Virus record (IMG/VR): IMGVR_UViG_3300033067_002581
Location: 32,001 to 96,000 of that record
Reading direction: 5' to 3' (one strand)
Length of the DNA stretch: 64,000 nt
From: a virus
Lineage: Duplodnaviria; Caudoviricetes
Under the pieces are notes generated by a model. The model saw only the letters and a list, made by a program, of their open reading frames with translations. It was not told the origin of the DNA and did not search any database. Below are positions 38,006 through 48,428 of the stretch, one piece after another; position 1 is the stretch's first letter, and the number at the start of each line of letters is the position of its first letter. The position numbers and the translations under genes were made by a program.

Positions 38006-38257
38006 TCAGTAAAGCTTTTCAAGCTCTACGCTGTAGAGTTTTATCAGTGACGCCCTGATACGCCTCTCAACTTCCTGAACGCGAATCGCAAGATCATCGT
38101 TGATCTCAACTCCATTGTTGGCTGCGTCATCATAGACAAACGCGCTAAAATCACTAGCGGCTCTGCCAGCGATCCTCTCAAGTGGGCTCGTCCGCTTCGT
38201 GCCCATCACTGGGCCGATCGCTTCGCTGACGATCTTTCGCAAAAGACTCGTTCTCAA
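38006..38257 (-). CDS. hypothetical leader-bearing protein (MRTSLLRKIVSEA)
   Basis: shared leader. Confidence 0.65.
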   Translation of the reverse strand: MRTSLLRKIVSEAIGPVMGTKRTSPLERIAGRAASDFSAFVYDDAANNGVEINDDLAIRVQEVERRIRASLIKLYSVELEKLY

Positions 38258-38281
38258 GACACTTACTTCTTTCTTTTCTCG

Positions 38282-38920
38282 CTATGAGAAATCAAAATCA
38301 AACTCACCTGCGTTCAGGCCGAACCGATTGTTAGCAAGATCCAACGCTCTTTTTTTCACAACGTCGATTTTCTGCCTAGCGGACGCATCTTCACCTCGAA
38401 CAGAGGCGAACGATCTGCTATAGATGTTTCGATACATTGGAGCGTAACAGAACACGCTTATACTGACGCGAGTGATTCTTTTTCCGACACGCAGACGTCC
38501 CTTGACCTCCTGCTCAGATGAGCAGTTAAGAGATAGCTTCACATCGATATTATCAGCCAGTTTAAGTGACCACGTGCCGCTCTGGCCTCTCACCCACTCG
38601 CCGTAACACACGCGTGATTTCTCGTCCTCAAGCATTCGACGTAAATCAGCAACAGTAAGCGCAGATCGCTCATCAACACTATCGATCGCCTCTTTTATAA
38701 GCGCGGCTAGCGACTCAGACACACGTCCAGAACACCTGTCGCAACTCACATCACTATCGATCTTCGGTTTAGAGCTGCCCCACGACTTCAGGTTAAAAAC
38801 ATCGTGGCCACATGAGAGCTTCGCGCCGAAACCCACTGCATCATCTCTGTTTGTCGTCTCGTAACCATCACAATCAGCGTGATAAACGCGAATGATCTTA
38901 CTCATCACCACACTCTCCAT
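38282..38920 (-). CDS. hypothetical protein, N-terminal Cys/His cluster and internal leader (SLAALIKEA)
   Basis: LSCGH...CDRC followed by leader. Confidence 0.6.
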   Translation of the reverse strand: MESVVMSKIIRVYHADCDGYETTNRDDAVGFGAKLSCGHDVFNLKSWGSSKPKIDSDVSCDRCSGRVSESLAALIKEAIDSVDERSALTVADLRRMLEDEKSRVCYGEWVRGQSGTWSLKLADNIDVKLSLNCSSEQEVKGRLRVGKRITRVSISVFCYAPMYRNIYSRSFASVRGEDASARQKIDVVKKRALDLANNRFGLNAGEFDFDFS

Positions 38921-39282
38921 CTCATCATGAGTTGCCTGATGACATCCTCTATCATCTCACGTAGCTCAGCGTTTATCTGCTCGATCACGACGCTCGTCGT
39001 GCGCTGCACGATGCTATCTGTCAGGCCTGTCCTGCCGCTAGGCGCATAGAGGTCGTCTCGCTCCTCCATCTTTGAGATGATCGACTCGCGAAACCGTCTG
39101 TCTCGAAATCGCTTTTTCAGATAATCAGCGATGAAATACCCGAGACTGCGATCGACGTGAGCGGTCTTCAGACCTCCTAGCTCTGCCGCAGGTTCCTCAG
39201 CTGGCGGCCTTGGGGAACCTTCTAAGAGACCTCGCATCCTGATCTCTTCAGCGAGAATCTGCTTAAACCTGACGCTGTTCAT
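38905..39282 (-). CDS. hypothetical leader-bearing protein (RFKQILAEEI)
   Basis: shared leader. Confidence 0.65.
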   Translation of the reverse strand: MNSVRFKQILAEEIRMRGLLEGSPRPPAEEPAAELGGLKTAHVDRSLGYFIADYLKKRFRDRRFRESIISKMEERDDLYAPSGRTGLTDSIVQRTTSVVIEQINAELREMIEDVIRQLMMRWRVW

Positions 39283-39716
39283 GTGATATCCGAATCATAT
39301 TGTGGGTCTGGGAAATAGATCCCAGCGGCGCCACGGCTTGAGACACCGAGCGACACTACCACGCCATCTTTCTCAAACGTTCTGTCACCATCGCTGTTTT
39401 TCATCCCAGCGGGACTGACGCCTCGAAAACTCCAACCAGCGAGAGTCATGATCTGCGCAAGCTTATCACGTTGTCTTTTGACTGGCAAGCGCGTATCAGA
39501 CGCAGGACGCTTCACATCAACCACGATCCTGTTCAGAGAACCGTTCCATCTACTGATTTTTGCTTCGTAACCCGCAACATTGAACGCTTCAACTAGATTG
39601 ATCGCGAGTTTTTCTAATGATTCATCAGTGATACGAGAGACTGTTTCCGCTATCTTCTCTGATAGAAAGATCTCTTCAGACACTATCTGCATAATACGCT
39701 TGGTGGTCAGCGCCAT
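39279..39716 (-). CDS. hypothetical leader-bearing protein (LTTKRIMQIVSEEI)
   Basis: shared leader. Confidence 0.65.
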   Translation of the reverse strand: MALTTKRIMQIVSEEIFLSEKIAETVSRITDESLEKLAINLVEAFNVAGYEAKISRWNGSLNRIVVDVKRPASDTRLPVKRQRDKLAQIMTLAGWSFRGVSPAGMKNSDGDRTFEKDGVVVSLGVSSRGAAGIYFPDPQYDSDIT

Positions 39717-39922
39717 CGCTGCCTATCCTTTCGCTCGCGTCGCTTGAGCTCAGTGGCATTGTTGCGCGCCTCAGCGTCTCTAGCTCGCTCCATCTCATCA
39801 CCTGACTTCACACTATCAACACGAACCTCGCGAGGAGTCTTTGTAGACTCTGATAGACCGACCAGTTTAGCGAGCGCTAGCTCCTCGCGGAGGATCTTGT
39901 TGAACGTCGAGTGTTTTATCAT
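39707..39922 (-). CDS. hypothetical leader-bearing protein (IKHSTFNKILREEL)
   Basis: shared leader; TGATG coupling to sheath gene. Confidence 0.65.
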   Translation of the reverse strand: MIKHSTFNKILREELALAKLVGLSESTKTPREVRVDSVKSGDEMERARDAEARNNATELKRRERKDRQRWR

Positions 39923-42900
39923 CAGACAGAGCCGGGATTCTTGATGTTGAAATCGACAGAGACAAACTCCACAGACTTCACAGGCGCGACAAGGATCTTA
40001 CCTCTCACGGTATTGTTCTCGATGTCAGCTTGAGACGTCGTTGACGCATCGACGATTATACGATACGCTGCTAACCCGTGCTCATTCTGGATCTTTTGCA
40101 GCTGTGGGTTTATCTTTGATGTCAGCAACGCGAGCGTTGACTCGCGGTTCGGCTCAAACTCGATCGTCAGCACTGCACGACGGACGATCCTCCTGATGGC
40201 GATCAGCAAGCGCCTGACATTGATCCTATCAAGCGAGCTATTCGCTCTAGAATACAGCGTCTTCTGCCCCCACACAGTAGCCCCTGAGCGCCTTGAGATG
40301 CCTCCTAGCTCAGGGCTTGGGAACGATATGATCGGGTTCAGGCAAGAGTCATACAGGACGTCAACCTGTTCCTGAGACAGCATCACTCTGGGCTCGACGC
40401 CATCGACGACGGAACCACGAGTCAGACCTGCTGGCGCGAGCCATGGTCTACCAACCGCATCGTTCAGAGCCATGGCTGCGATAGCGGCGACGGTGCCCGG
40501 AGCTGTCACGTTGGTGCGAGTGTTTGGATCTCGCATGATCACGTCAGGGAAATATGCGGCGGCGAAGCTGGAGTTTAATGATCTCGCTGTGAACTCCTGT
40601 GACGTGAACGCTGGGCTCGGAGCGACAGATGAATCTGATCGCAACACGGAATCGTTTGAGTCATACAGGACCGGGTCGATCAGAAGCAGAGCGTCGACTC
40701 TGTCCTCAACAGTCGAGATCGCTGCGTCTATGACAGCTGGCGTCCTGATGCCTGGTAGCGCCAGCAGCTGGACGTCAGCCTCCAGCGTGTTTCTCATGAC
40801 GCTGATCGCCTTCGTGTATGCGACGACTGATGGACCGCTTCTCTGCCCTCGAAGGGTTGATGCTATGTCAGCTGACACGGCGTCGTCAGATAGCTTAGCC
40901 TCGTCCAAGTCAAACACGTTGACACCGTCAAAACCGCCCTGCATCAGTGTGACAAATTTGATGAAACGCCTATTCGCGTTCGTGACGTCAGATGCTGTCA
41001 TAGCTCGCGTCTTAGTCACGTCGTTGACGGGTATGACACCATCTCTGACATATGTTGCGCTCGCCCAAGCGTCTGGGTCGGCGAGGCCGTTTGACGCAGT
41101 GACGATGCGAACATTGCCAAGAGAGAAACCATTCTTACAGAAGCGATCTGCGTCAATGATGCCAAGAGTATCAGTGTCAACAGCTCCAACGGTCTCGTAG
41201 CCGACCGCGAAATTGACGTATGATGTCATGTGGATCGGAAAGTGCTTCGCATACGCGTCAACAGACGCGTTCTGCAGCGTTGACCCGTTCTGCGCCGTTA
41301 AATCAGTGATATGCTCAAACTGCACACCCCAATACAGCGATGAATCAGCCTGAGCTCGCGAACCAGAGCCAGCTGTCACAGAACCACGATAGAGTAGAGG
41401 GGGCTCGACGAGCCTCTTCACAGAGGTCGTAACAGATAGCTGCGTCGTGCTCACGCTCTGCATCGGCGCTGAGCCTGACGTGACAACGTGCTGAGGGCCT
41501 CTGAACCCAAACGGGACCGCCGTCGGATCAAGCGTGCCCTCATCAACAGCGGCTGACACCTCGACTCTAATCACTGATGATGCGTTTGCGTATGAACCAT
41601 CCTCAATGATCCGCTGATCGATCTCAGATGCGTCAAAATCATAAAACCTGTTCTTGTCACCGACGATCCTTGAGACGTACCTGTCAGACGTCGGGTCAAG
41701 GTTCACACCACGAAACTGCTCTATGACGACTGGCTCTACGTCTCTGTCGTTCCAGTCGCGGACAACGACATCAAACGAGCAGTACTGGTTCAGCGGATCA
41801 GCCGAGAGAACGATGTTCTCTATCGCTATCTTCCACTTGTTTGACTGACCAGCGCCGTCTGATCTCGCGTGAAAGCGCATCAGGTTGACTGGGTAGCCAC
41901 CAAGCTTCTGAGACGTGATCCACGGCGTGACAGCGTGTGAGAACCTGTCCTCCCAGTTCTCATAGTCAGGTACAGTCGCTGACCCCAAGTCTCTTGAAAG
42001 AGATGACGTCAGTATGAATGCGGATGATTCAGCGCCGTTTCGCGCCGTTGCGGTCGCACCAGCGCCTGATGTTGTCAGAAGCAACCCAGAGCCAGTGACG
42101 ACCGCGAGAGCTGGGTGAACGTCCCAGCTGGCGTAAAGAAAGTGTCCAGCCTCCTGTAGCTTCGTTGGGTCGGTGTTTAGCACCCTTGAAAAATAGTTCG
42201 GAGCGAGCATGTCGAATGATGCCGTCAGAACGTTTGGCCACTTGGCGCTGACACCTTTGTGACCGTTCAGGAGCATGACAAACTCTTGCTTGACAGTGCC
42301 AGAGTCAGAGAGTACGACAGCACCGAGCGCTGAACCCGTAGAAGTCGCTGACGTCGCGATCAGATCCGAGAGGGGCTGGTTGTTTGACGTGCCCTCAGCT
42401 GACGATGAAAGCCTTGGCACGACTCCTGACGCAGCAAATATCACACCGCGCAGCACTGGGATAGCTGTGTTAACGCCTGGCGTCACAGATCCAACGCCTT
42501 GAAGTCCAGCTGAGCTGAAAACAGTCGAACCAGCTGACTCAGACATGAAACATCCGAGAAAGAGCGTCCTGCCTGGCGCGCCACCAGAGTTCGCGTATGG
42601 GTTCGCGCTGAGTTCGCCAGCAGAACCGCTTGGCTCATTCTCTCCGACGACGAAGCCTGCAGCGATCACCCTACCGGGTTTTGTTGACGTATCTCGTTGC
42701 AGACCAGATCCGGCTCCCAATACGCGGGTGTATGTTAATGCACCTGCGCGCTGCAGCCACTGATACCCAGCTAGCAATCCAAACTTTTCACCATCGGTCT
42801 TACCAAAGACGCTAAAAAGCTCCGCGCTATCAGCGACGGTCGTAGGAACAAAGGCGGGACCTGACGGTGATGTCCCGATGACACCAGCTGGGACGCCTAC

Positions 42901-42978
42901 CGGTGATCTTTTGACAGCTGCTGTGCTATCAATCTCTCTGGCGCGGGCGCCCGCGCCACCAAACTTAAGTGTAGCCAT
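39922..42978 (-). CDS. gp18: tail sheath protein (paralog 2)
   Basis: GPAFVPT, GGFDG, PWLAPAGLTRG, WGQKTL, LDRINVRRLL, FEPN. Confidence 0.92.
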   Translation of the reverse strand: MATLKFGGAGARAREIDSTAAVKRSPVGVPAGVIGTSPSGPAFVPTTVADSAELFSVFGKTDGEKFGLLAGYQWLQRAGALTYTRVLGAGSGLQRDTSTKPGRVIAAGFVVGENEPSGSAGELSANPYANSGGAPGRTLFLGCFMSESAGSTVFSSAGLQGVGSVTPGVNTAIPVLRGVIFAASGVVPRLSSSAEGTSNNQPLSDLIATSATSTGSALGAVVLSDSGTVKQEFVMLLNGHKGVSAKWPNVLTASFDMLAPNYFSRVLNTDPTKLQEAGHFLYASWDVHPALAVVTGSGLLLTTSGAGATATARNGAESSAFILTSSLSRDLGSATVPDYENWEDRFSHAVTPWITSQKLGGYPVNLMRFHARSDGAGQSNKWKIAIENIVLSADPLNQYCSFDVVVRDWNDRDVEPVVIEQFRGVNLDPTSDRYVSRIVGDKNRFYDFDASEIDQRIIEDGSYANASSVIRVEVSAAVDEGTLDPTAVPFGFRGPQHVVTSGSAPMQSVSTTQLSVTTSVKRLVEPPLLYRGSVTAGSGSRAQADSSLYWGVQFEHITDLTAQNGSTLQNASVDAYAKHFPIHMTSYVNFAVGYETVGAVDTDTLGIIDADRFCKNGFSLGNVRIVTASNGLADPDAWASATYVRDGVIPVNDVTKTRAMTASDVTNANRRFIKFVTLMQGGFDGVNVFDLDEAKLSDDAVSADIASTLRGQRSGPSVVAYTKAISVMRNTLEADVQLLALPGIRTPAVIDAAISTVEDRVDALLLIDPVLYDSNDSVLRSDSSVAPSPAFTSQEFTARSLNSSFAAAYFPDVIMRDPNTRTNVTAPGTVAAIAAMALNDAVGRPWLAPAGLTRGSVVDGVEPRVMLSQEQVDVLYDSCLNPIISFPSPELGGISRRSGATVWGQKTLYSRANSSLDRINVRRLLIAIRRIVRRAVLTIEFEPNRESTLALLTSKINPQLQKIQNEHGLAAYRIIVDASTTSQADIENNTVRGKILVAPVKSVEFVSVDFNIKNPGSV

Positions 42979-43025
42979 GTTCTCGCTTTCTCAGCGTAAT
43001 TAGTCTAAACGCGCGGCGGCGTTAG

Positions 43026-43442
43026 TTATGACATCTTCGGTCTAGCGCGCTTTGCGTTGACGAATGTATCTCTTCTGGCTCTCGCTTTCATGAAGGCGTT
43101 TGTCTGAAACGTATCACCGTTTGAGAACATGTCCTCCTCACTCTCGATACCTCTCTCAACGATGTCGTCAGCGATATCGTTGATCGTCTCAGAGATGTTC
43201 AGCAGCAGGTGCTGCAGCGCCTCACGATTGTCACGAAAATCAAACTCACCGATATAATGACCGTATTCGCTATCGTCATCATATTTTGAAGCCGCATCCG
43301 CCATCGCGTCAAGCAGCTTTGAAGCACAGTCACGTATGACAGGCTCGATGCGTTTAGCGATACCGTCTGACAGGCGGTGCGCACCGGCGCCTGATATAGC
43401 CTCACTGATGATCTTTTTAAGATGAGCGTTGGTGATTTTCAT
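43026..43442 (-). CDS. hypothetical leader-bearing protein (MKITNAHLKKIISEA)
   Basis: shared leader; lies between the two sheath genes. Confidence 0.7.
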   Translation of the reverse strand: MKITNAHLKKIISEAISGAGAHRLSDGIAKRIEPVIRDCASKLLDAMADAASKYDDDSEYGHYIGEFDFRDNREALQHLLLNISETINDIADDIVERGIESEEDMFSNGDTFQTNAFMKARARRDTFVNAKRARPKMS

Positions 43443-43451
43443 TATGATCCC

Positions 43452-46400
43452 TTAGACAAAGATGACGCCGCTGCGAGTCACGATGAAGGAGATGACGACG
43501 TACTCGATCGACCTAGTTGGGACAACCGCGACAGAGCAGTTCATCTTGTTCAGATCGATGTCATCCTGCGTATTGTTCGAATCGTCGATCGTGACGATGA
43601 AGTCTTCGACTCCCGCCTGAGCCTTGACGAACCCAAGAGTCTGATCGATGTTCTTCTTAAGAAGCGATCTCGTCGCGGCGTCGTTCTGCTCAAACGTGAC
43701 CTTCCTCGCCGCCTGAAGGATCTTGCGCTTGATCTCTACGAGCATCCTGCGAACGTTAACGCGATCTAGCGCTGACGCGCGCAGCTGCAGCGTCTTCTGA
43801 CCCGTGACGGCCCACCCAAGGTCTGGTGACTTGGAGATCATGTTGATCCTGACATCGCTCAACCTGTCACGATCCGCCTCAGACATCCTTATCGAGGAGT
43901 TCGATACGTTCTGCAGCAGCGCTCTATTATAACCAGCTGGAGCTGACCATGGAAACGCGATGTGATCATTTGTGGCCAACACGCCCATCATCGCGACTGA
44001 CGCAGGCACTCTCGCTGACACGTCCCTGTCATCTAACATGAAGACGTCTGGGAAGTACGCCGCAGCATAACTGTTATCGATCGCGCGGCCTGCGAACTGC
44101 GTTGCCGTCTTGTCGACGCTAGGTCTCTTCGTAGAGGTTGCAAAAAGTCGAGAGCTATCGCTAGAGAACGCTGGGACGTCCATCACGTAAAACAGCGCGG
44201 CGTTTGTCTTTGACCTCTGCGCGGCGTAATCTGTGATGAATGACTCTCTGATCCCGGGTATGCAGAACACGTTCGCGTCAACGGCAGTTGGATCAGTGGC
44301 GATATCAACAGCGGCCCTGAGAGAGCTGACGACGTTGTTCGCTGACCCAGCGCCAGCGACTGTAGCGCTGAAGCCTGTCGGCACATAGCCTGATGACGCG
44401 CCACCGAGAGCGTCAAATGATGACGCCTTGTCGCTCATAAGCGCGTCCTCTGGATCAAGGACGTTTAACCCATCAAAGCCCCCGAACATCACTGTCGTGA
44501 ACTTCAGGAAGTTAGAGAACTTGTTAAACAGCTGTGGCGTCCCAGATGCCAGCAGCGTCGCAGCAGTGACCCTCTTGCCGAGCGTTGGATCTAGGACTCG
44601 ACCGTCAGATGCATCGCCCTTAGCGTCGCGCCAGTACGCCGCCTCTCTGATATGAACGTCAGCTGACGCCGTGACATCAGCGACGGACCCGTTAGAGAAA
44701 ACGACGTTCGCAAGCGAGAACTTGTTATTACACAGGCGATCGGCGCCGGATCCAGTCACCAGCACGTCAAGCTCAGCGATCCCGGAGAATCTCGTGAGCG
44801 CCGCAATAAACCTGCTGTTCTCCTGTGAGACGTTCGCGTTCAGCGGAGAGTTTGACCTCTCAAATTTCACACCCCACGTCAATGACGGCAGCACGCTCTC
44901 TGTCGGCGCAGGTTGCCCTAACCACGCAGGCGATGACGGTCCAAGACCTCTGGTCAGTTTCTGTCGAAACGGGATTGGCGGGATGACAGATCCTGACAGC
45001 GCGGCGCCGACAGACGAGCTGAGGTATCCGGTGATGCGCGCCGTCGCAGAGCTGGGAGCGGTGTCTGCCAAACTGTCAGTCGTCTTCAGCACACTGATCC
45101 CGCGGAAGCCAAATGGCAGGGCGCGCGGTGAAACGATCTTTCTCGCCACAGCATCACTCACTATCACTCTGACGCGAGATGACACGTTGTCGTACTGCCC
45201 GCTGACTGACAGACGACGCTCACCCGCCAGCGCTGCATCAAAGTTCATCATGACGCGGCGATCACCTATCACCCTCGAGACATACTTCTCTGATGACGGA
45301 TCGAGCGAACACAGTGGGTATTGCTCTAGGACACGAGGATCGACATCAGAGTCATTCCAATCACGCACCTGGACGGTGAACGTGCCATACTGGTACGTGT
45401 CATCAATCGACGCTTGCACGTCTCTGATCGTGATCTTATAGACGGTATTTGCGTTCTCTCCATCATCGATCGATTCAACGCGAAACAGCTCAGACTCCAC
45501 GCCGCCAAAAGGCTGAGAGATGAACCATGGAGTCGTTGGCGTCTTAAAGCGTGTGTCAAACGCACCAAACGCTCTGCGATATGACAACCCGGCCTCGGCA
45601 GCGCCAGCGGCTGTATTACCTGAACCAGAGAGGATGGCGACCGTCTCAGCTGATGCGATCTCGGCGTCAACGGCGTAATCAGCCCACAGGACGTGCTGCT
45701 CCTGACCAAACTTAGACGCGCTAGCGTTTAGCAGCTTTCCAACATAGTTCTGCGATGACGGATCGAGGGACGCTGAATACGCTCTCACACCAGAGAAACC
45801 ATCAGCCGATCCAAAGCTCGGGTCCGAGCTTGAGATGATGAGCTTGAACGCACCGCTCACGACTGTAGCGACATCGTCAGGAGCGCTAGACAGCGCCGTG
45901 GCAAGCGACTCATCACCGTCTAGAAGCATGACCCTTGAGCCGCTTGCTGTCATAATGACACCACGGACGAGGTTAACATACCCAGACGACGTCGTGAACG
46001 ATGAGTTACGCGTGAACAGCGGATAGCCAGCTGCCTCGGCAGACGTCAGCCTGTGCCTCGCTGACAGAAACTGCACGCAACCGCAGTGCCTTGACTTTGC
46101 GTCAGCTGGCGCGACGACGCCCTCTAGCTTAAAACCGGCATTCTTCACGCGACCAGTCGTCAACGTCGACTGAACGTCAGCTGACGTCGCGTTAGCTCCA
46201 GCGCCAAGAGTCCTGATAAACGTTAGCGATTTCGCGGAACGCAGGAATTCTCTAGCCGCTAGAGTCGCTGGCCTCTTACGATCAAAATCACCAAAGCGAG
46301 TTATGAAGTCAGTCGAGGTCGCGACAGTCACGGGTACGAACGCGGGCCCACGGTATGACGAACCTGCTATGACAGCCGGCGTCCCTGATGGTCCCTGCTG

Positions 46401-46463
46401 CTCAACGACTGACAGGTCAGTCTCAGTGCTGTAAAAATTCGCTGCTTTAAATGTCTGTTCCAA
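43452..46463 (-). CDS. gp18: tail sheath protein (paralog 1)
   Basis: GPAFVPV, GGFDG, PWSAPAGYNR, GQKTLQ, LDRVNVRRML, FEQN; TTG start with GGAG RBS. Confidence 0.92.
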   Translation of the reverse strand: MEQTFKAANFYSTETDLSVVEQQGPSGTPAVIAGSSYRGPAFVPVTVATSTDFITRFGDFDRKRPATLAAREFLRSAKSLTFIRTLGAGANATSADVQSTLTTGRVKNAGFKLEGVVAPADAKSRHCGCVQFLSARHRLTSAEAAGYPLFTRNSSFTTSSGYVNLVRGVIMTASGSRVMLLDGDESLATALSSAPDDVATVVSGAFKLIISSSDPSFGSADGFSGVRAYSASLDPSSQNYVGKLLNASASKFGQEQHVLWADYAVDAEIASAETVAILSGSGNTAAGAAEAGLSYRRAFGAFDTRFKTPTTPWFISQPFGGVESELFRVESIDDGENANTVYKITIRDVQASIDDTYQYGTFTVQVRDWNDSDVDPRVLEQYPLCSLDPSSEKYVSRVIGDRRVMMNFDAALAGERRLSVSGQYDNVSSRVRVIVSDAVARKIVSPRALPFGFRGISVLKTTDSLADTAPSSATARITGYLSSSVGAALSGSVIPPIPFRQKLTRGLGPSSPAWLGQPAPTESVLPSLTWGVKFERSNSPLNANVSQENSRFIAALTRFSGIAELDVLVTGSGADRLCNNKFSLANVVFSNGSVADVTASADVHIREAAYWRDAKGDASDGRVLDPTLGKRVTAATLLASGTPQLFNKFSNFLKFTTVMFGGFDGLNVLDPEDALMSDKASSFDALGGASSGYVPTGFSATVAGAGSANNVVSSLRAAVDIATDPTAVDANVFCIPGIRESFITDYAAQRSKTNAALFYVMDVPAFSSDSSRLFATSTKRPSVDKTATQFAGRAIDNSYAAAYFPDVFMLDDRDVSARVPASVAMMGVLATNDHIAFPWSAPAGYNRALLQNVSNSSIRMSEADRDRLSDVRINMISKSPDLGWAVTGQKTLQLRASALDRVNVRRMLVEIKRKILQAARKVTFEQNDAATRSLLKKNIDQTLGFVKAQAGVEDFIVTIDDSNNTQDDIDLNKMNCSVAVVPTRSIEYVVISFIVTRSGVIFV

Positions 46464-46502
46464 CTAGCGTCTCCGAGCTCCTGCTAAGTAGGAGCCGACG
46501 TA

Positions 46503-47738
46503 TCAATCAACTGCTAACTCGAAATCAGCCAGATCGAAACCGCTGTATGACGTCTCGCCGCTTGTCGCGCTGACTACACTCGATCTGACAAACCTGTCAT
46601 CAATCCTAGCGATCGACGCGATCCTGTCACGCTTGAAGCGAGGAAGCTTCTCGCCTCGCCTGAGCTGGCTAATGGCTGGGTCTCTCCTCCACGTCGCGCC
46701 GAGATTTCCTGAACCGTCGTCTCTGATGTCGCGTCTGCGTGACGCTGAGACAGTCCTTGGGAGCGTAGGATCATCGCTCCCTAGAAAGGGAGCCTCGATA
46801 TCACTCATCGCGTCGGCGTCTGAGACCTCAGGCATATCAAAAGAAACGCTTGGGTTTGACAGCGAGATCCTTGACGATGACTTCGCGCCAGGCGGCACGG
46901 TGGCGATGATATACGCTGGGACCCTGACCTTCATCGAGGCTCTTATCAGGCGCTCGGAATCTCCCAGGCTGTCAGCGTTTCCGTCATAAGAAAAACCATC
47001 ATCCTCGACATACGCGATGAACCAGTAACCCTTCGGGCTCGACAACCTGATCGCCCTGTCGTGAGGAAGGTAGCACGACACGATGCGATCCGTGATCTGG
47101 TTCATCTGCGTCGTATAAGCCGTCCAGATCTTTATCTCATATGAGATCGTCACAAACTGCGGCGCTGGGACATACGTCGTCTCAAGCACATTCGCCGATA
47201 TGTCATCGCGTAGCACGCCGCCTGCTTGAACGTTTCTGTCATAGGTGCGGAGAGATCCGACTGAGCGCCTTGACAGAGGTCTTGAGCCTGATGGCGCCGA
47301 CCACGCTGATGCATCTGTGAGCCCGGCGCGATTCGTCAGTCGCTGTAACGAGTTGTCACGAGACTTTGACAGTCTCCTTCTCACAGCGATCTTCCCAGTC
47401 TGCTGGTTGATGCCACGACCGACAACGTCTGTCGCGTCATGAGATATTCCACTCCTGACGATAGCGACGATCGGTAGGATCAGGGAACCGTTAGCGTCGC
47501 GCAGGGCCGATCCACGCTTGACCTGGCTCCAGCGCTCTCCAGCCGCGAACACGACCCTGACAGGGACCACTCCATTGGGGTCAATGACTGATAGGCCGAT
47601 GTCACTGGAGAGCGCCATGTGTATCGCTATGTCAACGTCCTCGACCGAGCACGCGGGGATCTGGTCTGCAGCTGGCTGGCCAGCATACCCAGCGTCGTTT
47701 GCAAGATGCCTCGTGATCGTCAGCGGATCACTCATCAT
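46503..47738 (-). CDS. tail terminator / sheath stabiliser (gp15-like)
   Basis: EDVDIA, ERW, LP, PQFVTISYEIKIWT..QMNQI; located between neck and sheath genes. Confidence 0.65.
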   Translation of the reverse strand: MMSDPLTITRHLANDAGYAGQPAADQIPACSVEDVDIAIHMALSSDIGLSVIDPNGVVPVRVVFAAGERWSQVKRGSALRDANGSLILPIVAIVRSGISHDATDVVGRGINQQTGKIAVRRRLSKSRDNSLQRLTNRAGLTDASAWSAPSGSRPLSRRSVGSLRTYDRNVQAGGVLRDDISANVLETTYVPAPQFVTISYEIKIWTAYTTQMNQITDRIVSCYLPHDRAIRLSSPKGYWFIAYVEDDGFSYDGNADSLGDSERLIRASMKVRVPAYIIATVPPGAKSSSRISLSNPSVSFDMPEVSDADAMSDIEAPFLGSDDPTLPRTVSASRRRDIRDDGSGNLGATWRRDPAISQLRRGEKLPRFKRDRIASIARIDDRFVRSSVVSATSGETSYSGFDLADFELAVD

Positions 47739-48393
47739 AGAAGCTCTGCGCCGCGTTTGTTGACGTCCCGTTTGATGACACGGCTCTCTGACCTGTCAGC
47801 GGTCGCTCTAGCACACCGCGACGCTGTAGCTCGCGAACATCGTTCGTGGATCCGAGTTTGTTCTCAGGCAGGCCGCGCTGCTGGACGAACTCAGTCTGGA
47901 TCGCGTCGGCGTCTGAGAGCGATTCATCTGTCGGACCGTGAGTCACGGACTGCTCGATGATCGTCGACCTGGCGCGCAGACCTGTGATGACGAAGCCGTC
48001 TGGGTGCTCGACCTGGCCGTGAATCGGTTTGATGATATTGACGCTCGAGATCTCATAGAACACTTTCCCATATGAGAAGAAGTCTCCCGCTTTTATCTCT
48101 ATGCCCTTATCGACCATGTCGCTATGTTGGACGTAGATTGATATCTTAACGACCGTGTCAAGGCTGAAGGCGTCGTTCGTGTTCTCAAAGTTAGGCGTAT
48201 CGCAGAGCGCCTCGATCTCTACTGGAGGGTCAAAGACCTTTCTCATCGACTCGCCGTATACGTCAGACGCGGGCGTGCGGAGCTCAGAGACTGAGTAGTA
48301 GAAGATCTTCTGATCTATCACGTCCTTGATCAGCTCCTTAGCGATATCGCTGAAAAAACCGATCTCTCTTGGCGTGAGAAACAATCGAGGCAT
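47728..48393 (-). CDS. neck / head-closure protein (gp14-like)
   Basis: ELIKDVIDQKIFYY, VYGE, PVEIEAL, GDFF.YG..YEI. Confidence 0.7.
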   Translation of the reverse strand: MPRLFLTPREIGFFSDIAKELIKDVIDQKIFYYSVSELRTPASDVYGESMRKVFDPPVEIEALCDTPNFENTNDAFSLDTVVKISIYVQHSDMVDKGIEIKAGDFFSYGKVFYEISSVNIIKPIHGQVEHPDGFVITGLRARSTIIEQSVTHGPTDESLSDADAIQTEFVQQRGLPENKLGSTNDVRELQRRGVLERPLTGQRAVSSNGTSTNAAQSFYDE

Positions 48394-48428
48394 GGCGTCC
48401 TACCTCCGCAGCTCCGCCCGTAGTCGCC

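Noticed and set aside
40472-45441. Plus-strand ORFs of 242 and 256 aa
   Set aside because: Antisense to the well-supported sheath genes
18676-47738. Bacterial extracellular contractile injection system or tailocin
   Set aside because: Capsid, protease, neck and replication genes show it is a phage
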